64,000 nt of DNA, from the NCBI GenBank assembly GCA_963796155.1, contig CAWCKT010000055.1:20442-84441 (forward strand), in the 5' to 3' direction. This document shows positions 45,389 to 57,276 of the stretch, piece after piece; within the stretch, counting starts at the first letter, position 1; every line of letters starts with the position of its first letter. The notes under the pieces are model-generated. The model searched no databases and was not told where the DNA came from. It was given only the letters and a program-made list of their open reading frames with translations. The translations under genes were made by a program, and so were the position numbers. The DNA comes from an uncultured Alphaproteobacteria bacterium (GTDB lineage: Bacteria; Pseudomonadota; Alphaproteobacteria; ATCC43930; CGMCC-115725).

Positions 45389-46138
45389 ATGCGCGTGCTT
45401 CTAGTCGAGGATGATGCAGCAACCGCCGCCGGCATCAAGATGATGCTGGGGAAAGAGAATTTCATATGCGATACCACCGATCTCGGCGAGGACGGCCTGG
45501 AGATCGGCAAGCTCTACGATTACGATATCATTCTCCTCGATCTGATGCTTCCCGACATCGACGGCTACGAGGTGCTGCGCCGCTTGCGCGCGGCGCGCGT
45601 GCGCACGCCGATCCTGATCCTCTCGGGCCTCGCCGAGCTCGACCACAAGATCAAGGGTCTCGGTTTCGGCGCCGACGATTTTCTTACCAAGCCCTTCGAT
45701 CGCCGGGAACTGGTCGCGCGCATACAGGCGATCGTGCGCCGTTCCAAGGGCCACTCTAAATCGATGATCCGCACCGGCAAGCTTATCGTCAATCTGGACA
45801 CCCGCATTGTCTCGGTCGATGACCAGCCGGTGCATCTAACCGGCAAGGAGTACGGCATCCTGGAGTTGTTGAGCCTACGCAAGGGCACGACCCTGACGAA
45901 GGAAATGTTTCTTAATCACCTCTATGGGGGCATGGACGAGCCCGAGCTCAAGATCATCGATGTCTTCGTTTGCAAGCTGCGCAAGAAGCTCGCCCAGGCG
46001 ACCGGCGGCAAGCACTACATCGAAACGGTTTGGGGCCGCGGCTATGTGCTGCGTGACCCGGTAGAGACAACGGCCACGCTAGCACCCGGAGCCAGCCAGG
46101 CGAATACCGGCGCGCGAGCCGGTTCGGCAGCAGCTTAG
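45389..46138 (+). CDS. ctrA: Cell-cycle response regulator CtrA
   Basis: [108 protein letters not shown]. Confidence 0.95.
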   Translation: MRVLLVEDDAATAAGIKMMLGKENFICDTTDLGEDGLEIGKLYDYDIILLDLMLPDIDGYEVLRRLRAARVRTPILILSGLAELDHKIKGLGFGADDFLTKPFDRRELVARIQAIVRRSKGHSKSMIRTGKLIVNLDTRIVSVDDQPVHLTGKEYGILELLSLRKGTTLTKEMFLNHLYGGMDEPELKIIDVFVCKLRKKLAQATGGKHYIETVWGRGYVLRDPVETTATLAPGASQANTGARAGSAAA

Positions 46139-46875
46139 TCGGCGCGGGCGACCGCGGCCAGCTGGAACCGCCCGGGCTCTGACGCGCGAATCAGGCGGTA
46201 CCCGAGCGCCTCGGCGAGAAGGCCGGTGAAATAGGCTTGGATGGTTCGGGAGGTGAGCGCATCGATCGGCGCCGCGAGAAGCAGCGCCGCGCTTGCCTCG
46301 GGTGATAGAGCCGCGGTCGCGCCGATCGCTTCGAGAGCGAGGCCCGCGGGGCCACCGGCGAGAACGAGGCTGCCGCTCCCGGAGAGCGCTTCGGCCCCGA
46401 TCAGCAACAGGTTGCAGGCGAGTTTCTGCCGGTCGAGCGGCAGAGCCCGAGTGCTCTCGGTGTAATCACAAGCGATCCGCGTCCCTTCGAAAAGGCGGCT
46501 CGCGAGGTCGCCTGGCGCCAAGCCGACCATCCCCCCGCGATGACCAAAACCATAGGCGAAACGGTAGAATTGTAGCCGGTTGGCGGCCCGACGCGCGCTG
46601 TCGCCGACCAACGCGATGGCTCCGTGCGCAAAGTCCTGGTCTTCCCCGGCTCTCGCAGGGGCAAGTTCCTCGGCGAGGAGCTCAACCCCATTGTTGATCG
46701 CCGCGATCGGCCCGCTCAACTCGTGGCACAAACGAGCGGTCAGCAGCTCCAACACGCGCATATCGAGATTGCGGGCAACCGCACCACGAGGCAGCTCGCG
46801 CGCTATAGACGTTTGATCGGCAACCCCCGCGAACGCCGATCTGAACGAAAAGCGGTCGATACGCTGCCGGCCCAT
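46135..46875 (-). CDS. chpT: Histidine phosphotransferase ChpT
   Basis: [24 protein letters not shown] and [12 protein letters not shown] match the ChpT pattern (LAARLCHD..P..AI..GL.LL; L.F.R.AFG). Start uncertain (an internal ATG at 46761 would give the usual ~210 aa). Confidence 0.8.
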   Translation of the reverse strand: MGRQRIDRFSFRSAFAGVADQTSIARELPRGAVARNLDMRVLELLTARLCHELSGPIAAINNGVELLAEELAPARAGEDQDFAHGAIALVGDSARRAANRLQFYRFAYGFGHRGGMVGLAPGDLASRLFEGTRIACDYTESTRALPLDRQKLACNLLLIGAEALSGSGSLVLAGGPAGLALEAIGATAALSPEASAALLLAAPIDALTSRTIQAYFTGLLAEALGYRLIRASEPGRFQLAAVARAD

Positions 46876-47013
46876 CTGCGAACCACCACTCGAGGCGCGA
46901 AACCCGTCCCATAACCCACCCGACGTCAGCAGCCCGTCCCGCCGTTACGACAGACGGGTGTCCGGGATGCGCTGCAGGCGGCTCGGGGCAGAGGGTTGGG
47001 ATGAAACGCGGGC

Positions 47014-47628
47014 TCAGCCCGCGGCCGTTTGCAGCAGTGCCGCAGCGGCGTCGAAATCCTCGGGCCGGTTGGCGTTGAAGAAGGGGTCGACCGGCTGGTC
47101 GGCGAAGGGCACCGTCACCAGCCTGTGGCGCGCAGTCCACAGATCGACCTTACGGATCCCCTCTTCGACCACTGCGCGGCGGAGGTCTTCGCGCAGCCGC
47201 ACCGGCCACAGCCCAAAGACCGGGTGCGCGCGACCGCCCGACGCGGCGCAGGCGAGATCGGCACGCGCTTCCTTGAGCCCGGCGGCGAGCCGCGCAACGA
47301 GATCGGCGGGCAGGAACGGTGCGTCAGTTGCGACGCTCGCGACATAACCGCAATCCGGACGGTGCGATGCGGCCCAATCGAGCCCGGCCAGCACACCGGC
47401 CAGCGGGCCGGCGAAGCCGGGCACGCTGTCGGCCATCACCGGCAAGGCATAGCGGGCAAAGCGGCCGGGATCGCCATTGACGTTGAGCACGAGCGTGTCG
47501 ACCTGCGGCCGCAACCGCTCGATGACCCGGTCGAGCAGAGGGATCCCATCGAGCGGACGCAAGGCCTTGTCGCCGCCGCCCATGCGCCGGGACTGCCCGC
47601 CGGCAAGCAGCAGCCCGACGATCTTCAC
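47014..47628 (-). CDS. mobA: Molybdenum cofactor guanylyltransferase
   Basis: Trimmed to GTG 47628 ([23 protein letters not shown]). The start overlaps the fdhD stop. Confidence 0.85.
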   Translation of the reverse strand: MKIVGLLLAGGQSRRMGGGDKALRPLDGIPLLDRVIERLRPQVDTLVLNVNGDPGRFARYALPVMADSVPGFAGPLAGVLAGLDWAASHRPDCGYVASVATDAPFLPADLVARLAAGLKEARADLACAASGGRAHPVFGLWPVRLREDLRRAVVEEGIRKVDLWTARHRLVTVPFADQPVDPFFNANRPEDFDAAAALLQTAAG

Positions 47629-48507
47629 GGTGAGTCTTCGGCAAGGCTCGCCTTGCGGGCGAGGCGCGGATGCTCCTCTTCGACGGTCCGGACGTCGCCG
47701 TCGAAGACGATGCGCTCGCTGCCGGCGAGCGCCACGAAGCGTTTCCCCTTGGCGCGGCCGATCAAGGTAAGGCCGGCCTGCCGCGCGAGGTCGACGCCCC
47801 AGGCGGTAAATCCCGAGCGCGAGATCAGGATCGGGATGCCCATCTGCACGGTCTTGATCACCATCTCCGAGGTCAGGCGGCCGGTGGTGTAGAAGATCTT
47901 GCCGGTCGGGTAGACACGGTGGAGGTGCATGTAGCCGGCGATCTTGTCGATTGCATTGTGGCGGCCGACGTCCTCCATGTAGAGGAGCGGCCGGTCCTCC
48001 TCGCACAGCACGCAACCGTGGATCGCCCCGGCGGCGAGATAGAGGCTCGGCGCGGTATTGATCTTGCGGGTCAGAGCGTAGAGCCAGGAGGTGCGCAGCA
48101 CCGCTTCCGGGTCGAGCCGAACCTCTTCGAATTTCTCCATCAGATCGCCGAACACGGTGCCCTGGGCGCAGCCCGAGGTCAGCGTCTTCTTCTTCAGCTT
48201 GTCCTCGAAATCGGTTTCGCGATCGGTGCGGACGACGACGGTCTCGAGCTCGTCGTCGTAATCGATGCCGGTGATCCGATCCTGGGGCCGCAGCATATTC
48301 TGGTTGAGCAGATAGCCGACCGCGAGATAGTCCGGATGGTCGCCGATGGTCATCATCGTGACGATCTCGCGTCCGTTCAGAAACAGGGTCAGCGGGCGCT
48401 CCATGACGACGGCGGTCTCGATTGGCCGGCCTTCGTGGTCGATGCCGCTTACCGTGCGGGTCAGCCGCGGATCGTCGGGCTGCGGGCGCACCGTGAATTC
48501 CTTCATG
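47625..48507 (-). CDS. fdhD: Formate dehydrogenase accessory sulfurtransferase FdhD
   Basis: Trimmed to ATG 48507. [73 protein letters not shown]. Confidence 0.9.
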
Positions 48508-48561
48508 AGCTGATGATGGGTCGCAGCGCCGTCCGCCGCAAGCCGCCAAATGCCATGCTTT

Positions 48562-48588
48562 GTGGTATGAGGTGCGGTGGTATGAGGT
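48562..48588 (+). repeat. Direct repeat GTGGTATGAGGT-gcg-GTGGTATGAGGT in the fdhD/moaA divergent intergenic region
   Basis: Two perfect 12-mers at 48562-48573 and 48577-48588, read directly. Confidence 0.8.
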
Positions 48589-48713
48589 CCGTCGACCGGG
48601 TCCCGCGGAAGCCGCCGAGGTGGCGCGGAATAATCACGACGCGATCGGGGGCGACATTTCCCGATCGAGCCCCTATCTTTAACAGAGCACCCAGGGGTGC
48701 GAACGAGAAAACC

Positions 48714-49706
48714 ATGATCGACCCGTTCGGACGGACCATCACCTATCTGCGCGTATCTGTTACCGACCGGTGCGACTTCCGCTGTGTCTATTGCATGGCG
48801 GAAGAGATGACTTTTCTGCCGAAGGCCGAGTTGCTGACGCTCGAGGAACTCGACCGCGTGTGCAGCGCGTTCGTCCGGCTCGGCGTCAGGAAGCTGCGTC
48901 TGACCGGCGGCGAGCCTCTGGTCCGCCGCAACATCATGGCGCTCTTTCGCACGCTCGGCCGTCACCTCGCCACCGGTGCGCTCGACGAGCTGACCTTGAC
49001 GACCAACGGGAGCCAGCTCGCCCGCTACGCCGCCGAGCTGCACGATTGTGGCGTGCGCCGGGTCAACGTCTCCGTCGACACGCTGGACCCAGCGAAATTC
49101 ACCGAGATCACTCGCCGCGGACGCCTTGATACAGTGCTCGAAGGGCTCGCGGCGGCAAAGGCGGCGGGCCTCGCTGTCAAGATCAACACCGTGGCGCTGC
49201 GCGGCGTCAACGAGGACGAGCTCGACGATCTCGTCGCCTGGACCGGTGACGAGGGGTTCGACCTCGTGGTGATCGAAGTCATGCCGATGGGCGATATCGG
49301 CGGCGAGAACCGGCTCGACCAGTATCTGCCGTTGTCGCTCGTGCGCGCCCGGCTGCAACGGCGGTGGACGCTCGACGAGAGCGACTATCGCACCGGCGGC
49401 CCGGCGCGCTACGTCACCGTGCGCGAGACCGGCCGGCGGCTCGGCTTCATCACCCCCTTGACCCATAATTTCTGCGAGAGCTGCAACCGTGTGCGGATGA
49501 CCTGCACCGGCACGCTCTATATGTGCCTCGGCCAGGAGGATGCGGCAGATCTGCGCACGCCGCTGCGCCAATCCGAAGGGGATGGCGCGCTCGAAGCGGC
49601 GATCCGCGAAGCGATCGATCGCAAGCCTCGCGGACACGACTTCATCATCGACCGTCGCCACAACCGGCCCGCCGTCGCCCGGCATATGAGCGTGACCGGC
49701 GGGTGA
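48714..49706 (+). CDS. moaA: GTP 3',8-cyclase (radical SAM) MoaA
   Basis: Trimmed to ATG 48714. [50 protein letters not shown]. Confidence 0.95.
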   Translation: MIDPFGRTITYLRVSVTDRCDFRCVYCMAEEMTFLPKAELLTLEELDRVCSAFVRLGVRKLRLTGGEPLVRRNIMALFRTLGRHLATGALDELTLTTNGSQLARYAAELHDCGVRRVNVSVDTLDPAKFTEITRRGRLDTVLEGLAAAKAAGLAVKINTVALRGVNEDELDDLVAWTGDEGFDLVVIEVMPMGDIGGENRLDQYLPLSLVRARLQRRWTLDESDYRTGGPARYVTVRETGRRLGFITPLTHNFCESCNRVRMTCTGTLYMCLGQEDAADLRTPLRQSEGDGALEAAIREAIDRKPRGHDFIIDRRHNRPAVARHMSVTGG

Positions 49707-50479
49707 GCGCTTCACCGCCGCCGCGGATCGCGGTCGTCGCGGCCGAGACCGAAGCCGCGCAACAGGCGCTCGAGGAGCTGTGCGGCCGCTACAACTGCGT
49801 CCCCCCCGAGCGCGCCGAAGTCATCATTCCGCTGGGCGGCGACGGGTTTATGCTGGAGAGCTTGCATCGCTTCCTGTCGCAGAGGGTGCCGATCTTCGGC
49901 ATGCATCGGGGCAGCGTCGGTTTCCTGATGAACCCCTACCGGCCGGATGGGCTGGTGCAGCGCCTCGCCGCCGCCCAACCGGTCGTGCTCCATCCGCTCG
50001 AGATGAGCGCGGTCTGCGAGCACGGCACAAAGTGCCGCGCGCTTGCCTTCAACGAGGTCTCACTGCTGCGCGAGAGCCGGCAGGCGGCAAAGTTTCAAGT
50101 CAGCGTCGATGGGGTCGTGCGGATCGATGAGCTGATGGCGGATGGCATCCTGGTCGCGACACCAGTCGGCAGCACCGCCTACAATCTCTCGGCGCATGGC
50201 CCGATTATCCCGCTCGGGGCGGGCGTCCTCGCCTTGACCCCGATCAGCGCCTTCCGCCCTCGTCGCTGGCGCGGCGCGCTGTTGCCTCACCAGGCAAAGG
50301 TCAGGATCGACGCGTTGGAGACCGACAAGCGCCCGGTCAGCGCCGTCGCCGATTTTACCGAGGCACGTGATGTCGTCACCGTCGATATCCACGAGAATCG
50401 CCATATCTCGATGACCCTGCTTTTCGACCGAGAGTTCAATCTCGAAGAGCGGGTGCTCAAGGAGCAGTTCGCCTCCTGA
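49703..50479 (+). CDS. nadK: NAD kinase
   Basis: GTG 49703 in a GTGA overlap with the moaA stop. [48 protein letters not shown]. Confidence 0.85.
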   Translation: MSASPPPRIAVVAAETEAAQQALEELCGRYNCVPPERAEVIIPLGGDGFMLESLHRFLSQRVPIFGMHRGSVGFLMNPYRPDGLVQRLAAAQPVVLHPLEMSAVCEHGTKCRALAFNEVSLLRESRQAAKFQVSVDGVVRIDELMADGILVATPVGSTAYNLSAHGPIIPLGAGVLALTPISAFRPRRWRGALLPHQAKVRIDALETDKRPVSAVADFTEARDVVTVDIHENRHISMTLLFDREFNLEERVLKEQFAS

Positions 50480-50505
50480 GTGTCGGCACCGGAACCCGAC
50501 CCGGA

Positions 50506-51594
50506 TCAGGAAAGCCCTCGGCGTTCGAGAGCCGGCCGCGGGCGCTTCCTGCGCAGCATATCGAGCCCTGCGCACAAGACGCGCTTCAACGCTCCTTTGC
50601 GCTGCTCGATCAGATGCGCAAACGCAACCGATACCCCGAAAGGCAATCCGAACACCAGGATCTGGTGCATTGCGCGGTCAGCCGGGCCGGGAATGACGGT
50701 ACCGAAGAAGTTCAGAAGCGGATAGTGCAGCAGGTAGAGCCCGAACGTCGTTCCGGCGAGACGGCGAATTAGGCGCTCGAGCCCCGCTCTCGGCATCGGC
50801 AGCCGAGCATTCGCGAGACCCACGATCAAGAGCGCGACGAGGGCACCGACAATGTAGTCGTGGGCCGAGTAGAACGGCGGGACCCATGGTGTCGCCGGTT
50901 GCCAAAAGAGTTGCTGGCCGCCGAAGGCCTGGAGCCCGACGAACCCCGCCACGGCGCCAAACGCCAATAGGGTTGCCCATTGCGGCGGCAGCGCGGTCCG
51001 CCATCGCCACGCTGCGACCCCCATCAGCCATACCGGAAACAGCAGTAGGATCTTCGGTCCGGCCAGCAGCGCCGCGGCGGCTATTGCGATTATTCGTCGC
51101 CGCCCCTGCAGAAACACGGCTGCAGCGAAGAGGACATAGTACCAGGCTTCGTAGTTGAGCGACCAGAAGGGTACGTTCGAACCCGGTTGCGCTGACAAAG
51201 TCCAGCTGGCGCCGAGAAATATTGCAGACAACGCGAAGCCAAGCAGAGTGTGGACTGGTCCCTGACCCCATTCCGCCCCGTATAATCGGGGATCGATTGC
51301 CATCGCGAGGTGGTCGAGGCCGGCTGTTACGACGAACGCCGGCAAGACCACCGAGTAGAGCCGGGCAACCCGGCTCAAGCCGTATTCCTCGAGACTCCCT
51401 TCCCTGGCCTCCGTGACCCAGGCGATGACAAAACCCGAAAGAACAAAGAACACAAGAACCGCAATCCGGCCGTAATCCATCACCTGCCAGAACAGGCCGC
51501 CGCTGTAGCGTCCCGCGGCGTAATGCGACACAAAGACAATAAACGCCGCGCCAAAGCGAAGCGCGTCCAGATAGAGTGAAAGTGCACTTGTCAT
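50506..51594 (-). CDS. Acyltransferase family 3 membrane protein
   Basis: 362 aa, ~10 TM segments. N-terminal LDALRFGAAFIVFVSHY, typical of OafA-like acyltransferases. Confidence 0.85.
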   Translation of the reverse strand: MTSALSLYLDALRFGAAFIVFVSHYAAGRYSGGLFWQVMDYGRIAVLVFFVLSGFVIAWVTEAREGSLEEYGLSRVARLYSVVLPAFVVTAGLDHLAMAIDPRLYGAEWGQGPVHTLLGFALSAIFLGASWTLSAQPGSNVPFWSLNYEAWYYVLFAAAVFLQGRRRIIAIAAAALLAGPKILLLFPVWLMGVAAWRWRTALPPQWATLLAFGAVAGFVGLQAFGGQQLFWQPATPWVPPFYSAHDYIVGALVALLIVGLANARLPMPRAGLERLIRRLAGTTFGLYLLHYPLLNFFGTVIPGPADRAMHQILVFGLPFGVSVAFAHLIEQRKGALKRVLCAGLDMLRRKRPRPALERRGLS

Positions 51595-51688
51595 CGTGAC
51601 CTATAGGGGTCGCGCGCGGGGCTCATCCCCCCAATTCCGGCTATACCGCATTGGGCTCGGTTACCAGGACAGGAAATCTGCCGAAGCG

Positions 51689-53396
<1,708 letters not shown>

Positions 53397-53669
53397 GATG
53401 CCGAAACCTCACCCGCCAATGGGAACGCAATGACGCGCCGCCGGAAAGGCGACTGTTTTCACGAGCGAGACCTCGAGCGACGCGTCGGTTCGGCAAATCA
53501 TGTTTGTAAATATCTATTGAACTCCAGCTTGGGGCCTCGCTTGCACCAGATCGGCCAGAAGGACGTTTTTTTGACGGTACTCTGACGCCGCCCTGACAAA
53601 AATATCGTTAACATGGGCGACAGCGATTGTCGATGCGACCCACCTTGTGGGCGGTGACGGGAGGATCAG

Positions 53670-53879
53670 GTGGACGGCGATATCACGTCTAGGCACAGTT
53701 ATTCGGTCCGCGGTCATGGGCTGCGGTACGGTTCATTGCCGGCCGACGGGTCGGCAGCGCGCGCTACGCCGCAGCTGATTCGAGGGACGTCGCTGGTTGT
53801 GATCGTGCTGGCATCGCTCGGGTTGTGGGCGGGGATCTGGGCGGCTGTCAGCTCTGTGGCTCGGGTTTGGGTGCGGTAA
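53670..53879 (+). CDS. Possible small membrane protein, 69 aa
   Basis: GTG 53670, 4 nt after GGGAGGA. C-terminal hydrophobic helix LVVIVLASLGLWAGIWAAVSSV. No family recognised. Confidence 0.3.
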   Translation: MDGDITSRHSYSVRGHGLRYGSLPADGSAARATPQLIRGTSLVVIVLASLGLWAGIWAAVSSVARVWVR

Positions 53880-54339
53880 GCCGAGTTTGCAGCCGGCGGG
53901 TGCCTGCCCAGCCGGCAACTCACCAAGCCTGACTGTGGGGTTCCGCCACTGCAAATATTCTCGTGGCCGGCCTTAGTGTTGGGCCATCCGGGTCTTGAGA
54001 AAGCGCGGCAGCCTGCCTTGAAACCGTGGGTGCCCGCCGAACTAAGTCCGTGGGCCGAAGGCCGACGGGGCGAACCCGGCAACGGGATTCACAAGGGTTC
54101 GGTTGTCCAGTTACGCGCTCCGATAGGGTAGGGCAAAGGCGAAGCTGCGACCGCGCCCGCGGCTTAGCGCCTGGTCAATTCACAGCATGCCATAGGCCTC
54201 GCGCAGGGGCGATCCGCAGCGGGCCGTCGTCGATCGCTTCAAAGCCGAGCCTCGTCCGGCCGTCACCCGGTCATCCATCCGGTAGTGGGAAGCCTCGATC
54301 GTCGCCATCCTGATGGGCATATCAAGAGGGAGAAGAATC

Positions 54340-55242
54340 ATGCCCGACATTCAGCAGGACGCGTTGAGCGGATTGTGCGCAGCGCTCGTCGAGCGCGCGA
54401 GGCTGGCGCAGCCCTTGGTCGCGCGCATCGAGGCAGAGGGCCGCGCGACACGTTCGGGGATCCTCTGGCGCAGAGACGTCGTCGTCGCCTCGGAGCAGGG
54501 GTTCCCGGATATCGCCGAGGTCAAGGTCACCTTGGTCGAGGGCGGCACCTACGCGGCGCGGCTCGCTGGTCGCGATCCCGGAACCAATGTCGTTGCCCTC
54601 AGGCTCGACGGCACCCCGGACCCGGCCCGGCTCGCGGCGGCGGACCCGCACCCCGGTGCCCTCGCCCTCGCCTTTGGCGCCGAGAGCGACGGCGTCTGGA
54701 TGCGGCTCGGCGTCGTTCATTCGGTCGGTCCGGCGTGGCACAGCCGAGCCGGCGGCCGCATCGACCGGCGCATCACCCTCGATATGGGGTTGAGCGCGCG
54801 GGAGGAGGGCGGGCCCGTGCTCGACGCCGGAGGGGGAGTGCTCGGCATGTCGACACTCGGGCCCCGCCGGCGCGTCCTGGTCATTCCGAGCGCCACGGTC
54901 GAGGGCGTGCTCGACCCGCTCCTCAGCAAAGGCAGGGTCGAGCGGGGGTGGCTCGGCCTGGCGCTTCAGCCGGTGCTCGTGCCGGAGGCCTCGCAGTCCG
55001 AGACCGGGCAATCGCGCGGGCTGATGATCATGGGTGTGGCAAAAGACGGCCCGGCGGCGGGGGCGGGCGTCCTCGCGGGCGATATCCTGGTGACGGTCGG
55101 CGGAGAGGATGTCAGCCATCCCGCAATGGTGGCACGCCGGCTCGGTCCGGAATCGGTTGGGCAAGCGATCGAATTGCGGCTGCTGCGGGCGGGCAAGGTC
55201 CTGTCGGTTACAGCGACCGTCGCCGCCCGGCCGTCGGGATGA
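54340..55242 (+). CDS. HtrA/DegP-like trypsin-fold + PDZ protein without a recognisable catalytic triad or signal peptide
   Basis: Trimmed to ATG 54340 (AGAGGGAGAAG SD). The HtrA layout is recognisable (GTYAARLAGRDPGTNVVALRL; RGWLGLALQPV; PDZ GDILVTVGGEDV). However VVVASEQ replaces TNxHV, TNVVAL replaces TDLAVL, and REEGGPVLD replaces GNSGGPL. Confidence 0.7.
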   Translation: MPDIQQDALSGLCAALVERARLAQPLVARIEAEGRATRSGILWRRDVVVASEQGFPDIAEVKVTLVEGGTYAARLAGRDPGTNVVALRLDGTPDPARLAAADPHPGALALAFGAESDGVWMRLGVVHSVGPAWHSRAGGRIDRRITLDMGLSAREEGGPVLDAGGGVLGMSTLGPRRRVLVIPSATVEGVLDPLLSKGRVERGWLGLALQPVLVPEASQSETGQSRGLMIMGVAKDGPAAGAGVLAGDILVTVGGEDVSHPAMVARRLGPESVGQAIELRLLRAGKVLSVTATVAARPSG

Positions 55243-55772
55243 GCACCGTCCCGACCCGGCTGCGCATCGCCGTGGTGGCTTCGAATGCGGCGGCGCGAAG
55301 CCGGCTCGCGTCGCTGGTCGGGCGAAGCGGGCACGACATCGTCGAGGTGACGGCCTCTCCCGACGCGATCCTGACCGAGGGCGCTCCCGGCAATGCGCTG
55401 CCGGCGCCGGCGGTGGCGATCGATTCGGAGGAGGCTGAATACTCCGGACTGCTGCCGCCGGATGCCACCACGGTGCAGATCGATGCGGCCTTGCGCGCCG
55501 TCGCTGCGGGACTGACCGTGCGCGTCCCGAGCCCGCGAAATCGCACCTTCGCACCATTGGCCGAGGATTCGTCGCCGCTGTTGACGCCGCGCGAGATCGA
55601 GGTTCTCGCCGCACTCAGCGACGGCTTGAGCAACAAGGCGGCGGCCCGTCGCCTCGGTATCTCGCCGCACACCGTCAAGTTCCATATCGAATCGCTGTTC
55701 AGGAAGCTCGGCGCCGCCTCGCGCGCCGAAGCCGTCGCGAAGGGATTGAAGCGCCAGATCGTCGAGATTTGA
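55239..55772 (+). CDS. LuxR-family regulator with a short atypical receiver-like N-terminus
   Basis: ATGA overlap with the upstream stop. C-terminal LTPREIEVLAALSDGLSNKAAARRLGISPHTVKFHIESLFRKLG. The N-terminus RIAVVASN lacks the acidic pair of canonical receivers. Confidence 0.8.
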   Translation: MSTVPTRLRIAVVASNAAARSRLASLVGRSGHDIVEVTASPDAILTEGAPGNALPAPAVAIDSEEAEYSGLLPPDATTVQIDAALRAVAAGLTVRVPSPRNRTFAPLAEDSSPLLTPREIEVLAALSDGLSNKAAARRLGISPHTVKFHIESLFRKLGAASRAEAVAKGLKRQIVEI

Positions 55773-55926
55773 CCGGATAGCCGAAGCGGCCTGCCTCGCT
55801 TCGCCAAGACGAAACCAAAGGGTAGTAGGGGCGCCGGCGAGGCGATGGTCATGGCGATGCTGATCGCCCGGCGGTGGCTCGCTATGATGGCCGCGTCGCG
55901 ACAACCAGCGAGACGAGAGGGTAACG

Positions 55927-56544
55927 ATGGAACTCTACACAGCCGGCACCGGCAACGGGCAGCGTGCGGCGATCGCGGTCAACGAGTGCGGTGTCCCCTG
56001 CACGATGCACGTACTCAACCTGGCGCAGGGCGACCAGAGAAAGCCGGACTATCTGAAAATAAACCCGACCGCCCGGATCCCGACCCTGATCGATCCCGAC
56101 GGCCCGGGCGGCCGGCCACTGACCCTGATCCAGTCCTGGGCGATCCTCCATTACCTCGCCGAAAAGACCGGCAAGCTCATTCCCAGCGACCCTGCGGCGC
56201 GCGCCAGGACATACCAATGGCTCGGCGAGGCCGCCAGCGACATGGCGCCGACCGCGCAGAACATCTTCTTCCTCGGCAACCGCATGCCGGAGAAGGTGCC
56301 GCCATCGGCAATCAAGTTCTACGAGGACCGGCTCGTCACCCAGTTCCGCGGAGCCGAGGATCAGTTCGCCCGCACGCCCTATCTGACCGGCAACGACATC
56401 ACCGTCGCCGATCTCGGCCTCTACCCGATCTATGCCGGGCGAAAGGCGCTGATCGACGGCGCCGGTCTCAAAAACGTCACCGCCTGGGGCGAGCGCGTCG
56501 GAGCACGGCCGGGCGTGCAGAAGGGCATGAAGCTGGAGAGTTGA
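55927..56544 (+). CDS. Glutathione S-transferase
   Basis: GAGAGGG SD. KINPTARIPTLID, LIQSWAILHYLAEK, YLTGNDITVADL. Confidence 0.9.
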   Translation: MELYTAGTGNGQRAAIAVNECGVPCTMHVLNLAQGDQRKPDYLKINPTARIPTLIDPDGPGGRPLTLIQSWAILHYLAEKTGKLIPSDPAARARTYQWLGEAASDMAPTAQNIFFLGNRMPEKVPPSAIKFYEDRLVTQFRGAEDQFARTPYLTGNDITVADLGLYPIYAGRKALIDGAGLKNVTAWGERVGARPGVQKGMKLES

Positions 56545-56564
56545 CCGGGGACCGAGGGCAAACG

Positions 56565-56963
56565 ATGACCGATCGTGATGCCGTGCTGGCCGCCAATCTC
56601 GAATTCTACCGCGCGTTCACTGCGCGGGATATCGCCGCCATGGACGCGCTGTGGGCACGGCGAACGCCGGTTGCCTGCATTCACCCGGGATGGACCCCCC
56701 TCGGGGACCGGAACGCGATCATCGAGAGCTGGGAGGGGATTCTGTCGAACCCGGATGCCCCACGCATTGCCTGCGTCGACGAACAAGTGATCCTTTACGG
56801 CGATGTCGCCCTGGTGCTGTGCGAGGAAGAACTCGACGGCGGCACGCTGGCCGCGAGCAACCTGTTCGTCCGCGAGGACGATGAGTGGCGCATCGCCCAT
56901 CATCAGGCGGGTCAGATCGTCCGCCGGCGCGCGGAGCCGCGGCGCCCGACGCGGCTGAATTGA
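56565..56963 (+). CDS. SnoaL-like/NTF2-fold (DUF4440-like) protein
   Basis: Trimmed to ATG 56565. ANLEFYRAFTARDIAAMDALWA...ACIHPGW...NLFVREDDEWRIAHHQ. Confidence 0.7.
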   Translation: MTDRDAVLAANLEFYRAFTARDIAAMDALWARRTPVACIHPGWTPLGDRNAIIESWEGILSNPDAPRIACVDEQVILYGDVALVLCEEELDGGTLAASNLFVREDDEWRIAHHQAGQIVRRRAEPRRPTRLN

Positions 56964-57012
56964 CGGCGGCGGAGCGTCTGGGCCGAGGTTGAGGCGGTTC
57001 TCCGGCGTCTGG

Positions 57013-57258
57013 TCAGCGCTGCCGTGCCCCGTCGTAGGCGATGCGCACTTCAGCCAAGCGCTGTGCGGTGTCCGCATCGAGCCGGCCATCCCAGCGCTCG
57101 GGACGAAAGCGCCGCTGGAAGGCGGTGACGGCTGCGGTCTCAGAGCCTACGGTGACGCAATAACCGATGGCGGTGAGATCGGCGAGCGCCGCGGCGCGCT
57201 CGACCATCCCGATGCCTTGCCCGCGGCCGCGGCCGATCGCCGGCTCCGGCCAGATCCC
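57013..57258 (-). pseudogene. C-terminal ~80 codons of an AmpD-like N-acetylmuramoyl-L-alanine amidase; 5' part missing at the 57.26-kb junction
   Basis: GIWPEPAIGRGRGQGIGMVERAAALADLTAIGYCV...AVTAFQRRFRPERWDGRLDADTAQRLAEV resembles the C-terminal tail of alphaproteobacterial AmpD-type amidases. There is no catalytic domain upstream. Confidence 0.55.
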
Positions 57259-57276
57259 CGGTGAAGGAGGGGCAAC

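Noticed and set aside
48600-48713. Possible Moco riboswitch in the moaA leader (GCCGCCGAGG and a GCACCC-agg-GGTGC hairpin).
   Set aside because: I cannot reproduce the conserved Moco-motif helices and loops by eye. It needs a covariance-model search (Rfam Moco_RNA_motif). Not claimed.
47014-49715. Very long ORFs in the track taken at face value: 47014-48549 (511 aa), 47625-49715 (696 aa), 47670-49706 (678 aa). Likewise 39384-42926, 23126-24406, 24240-26513, 26261-27172, 54285-55772 and 55845-56963.
   Set aside because: Only the C-terminal parts carry family motifs (MobA, FdhD, MoaA, RND, TctC, DsbD, TlpA-like, LuxR, SnoaL). The N-terminal extensions are Arg-rich junk overlapping neighbouring genes. 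They were trimmed to internal starts with SD sequences or coupled stop/start overlaps.
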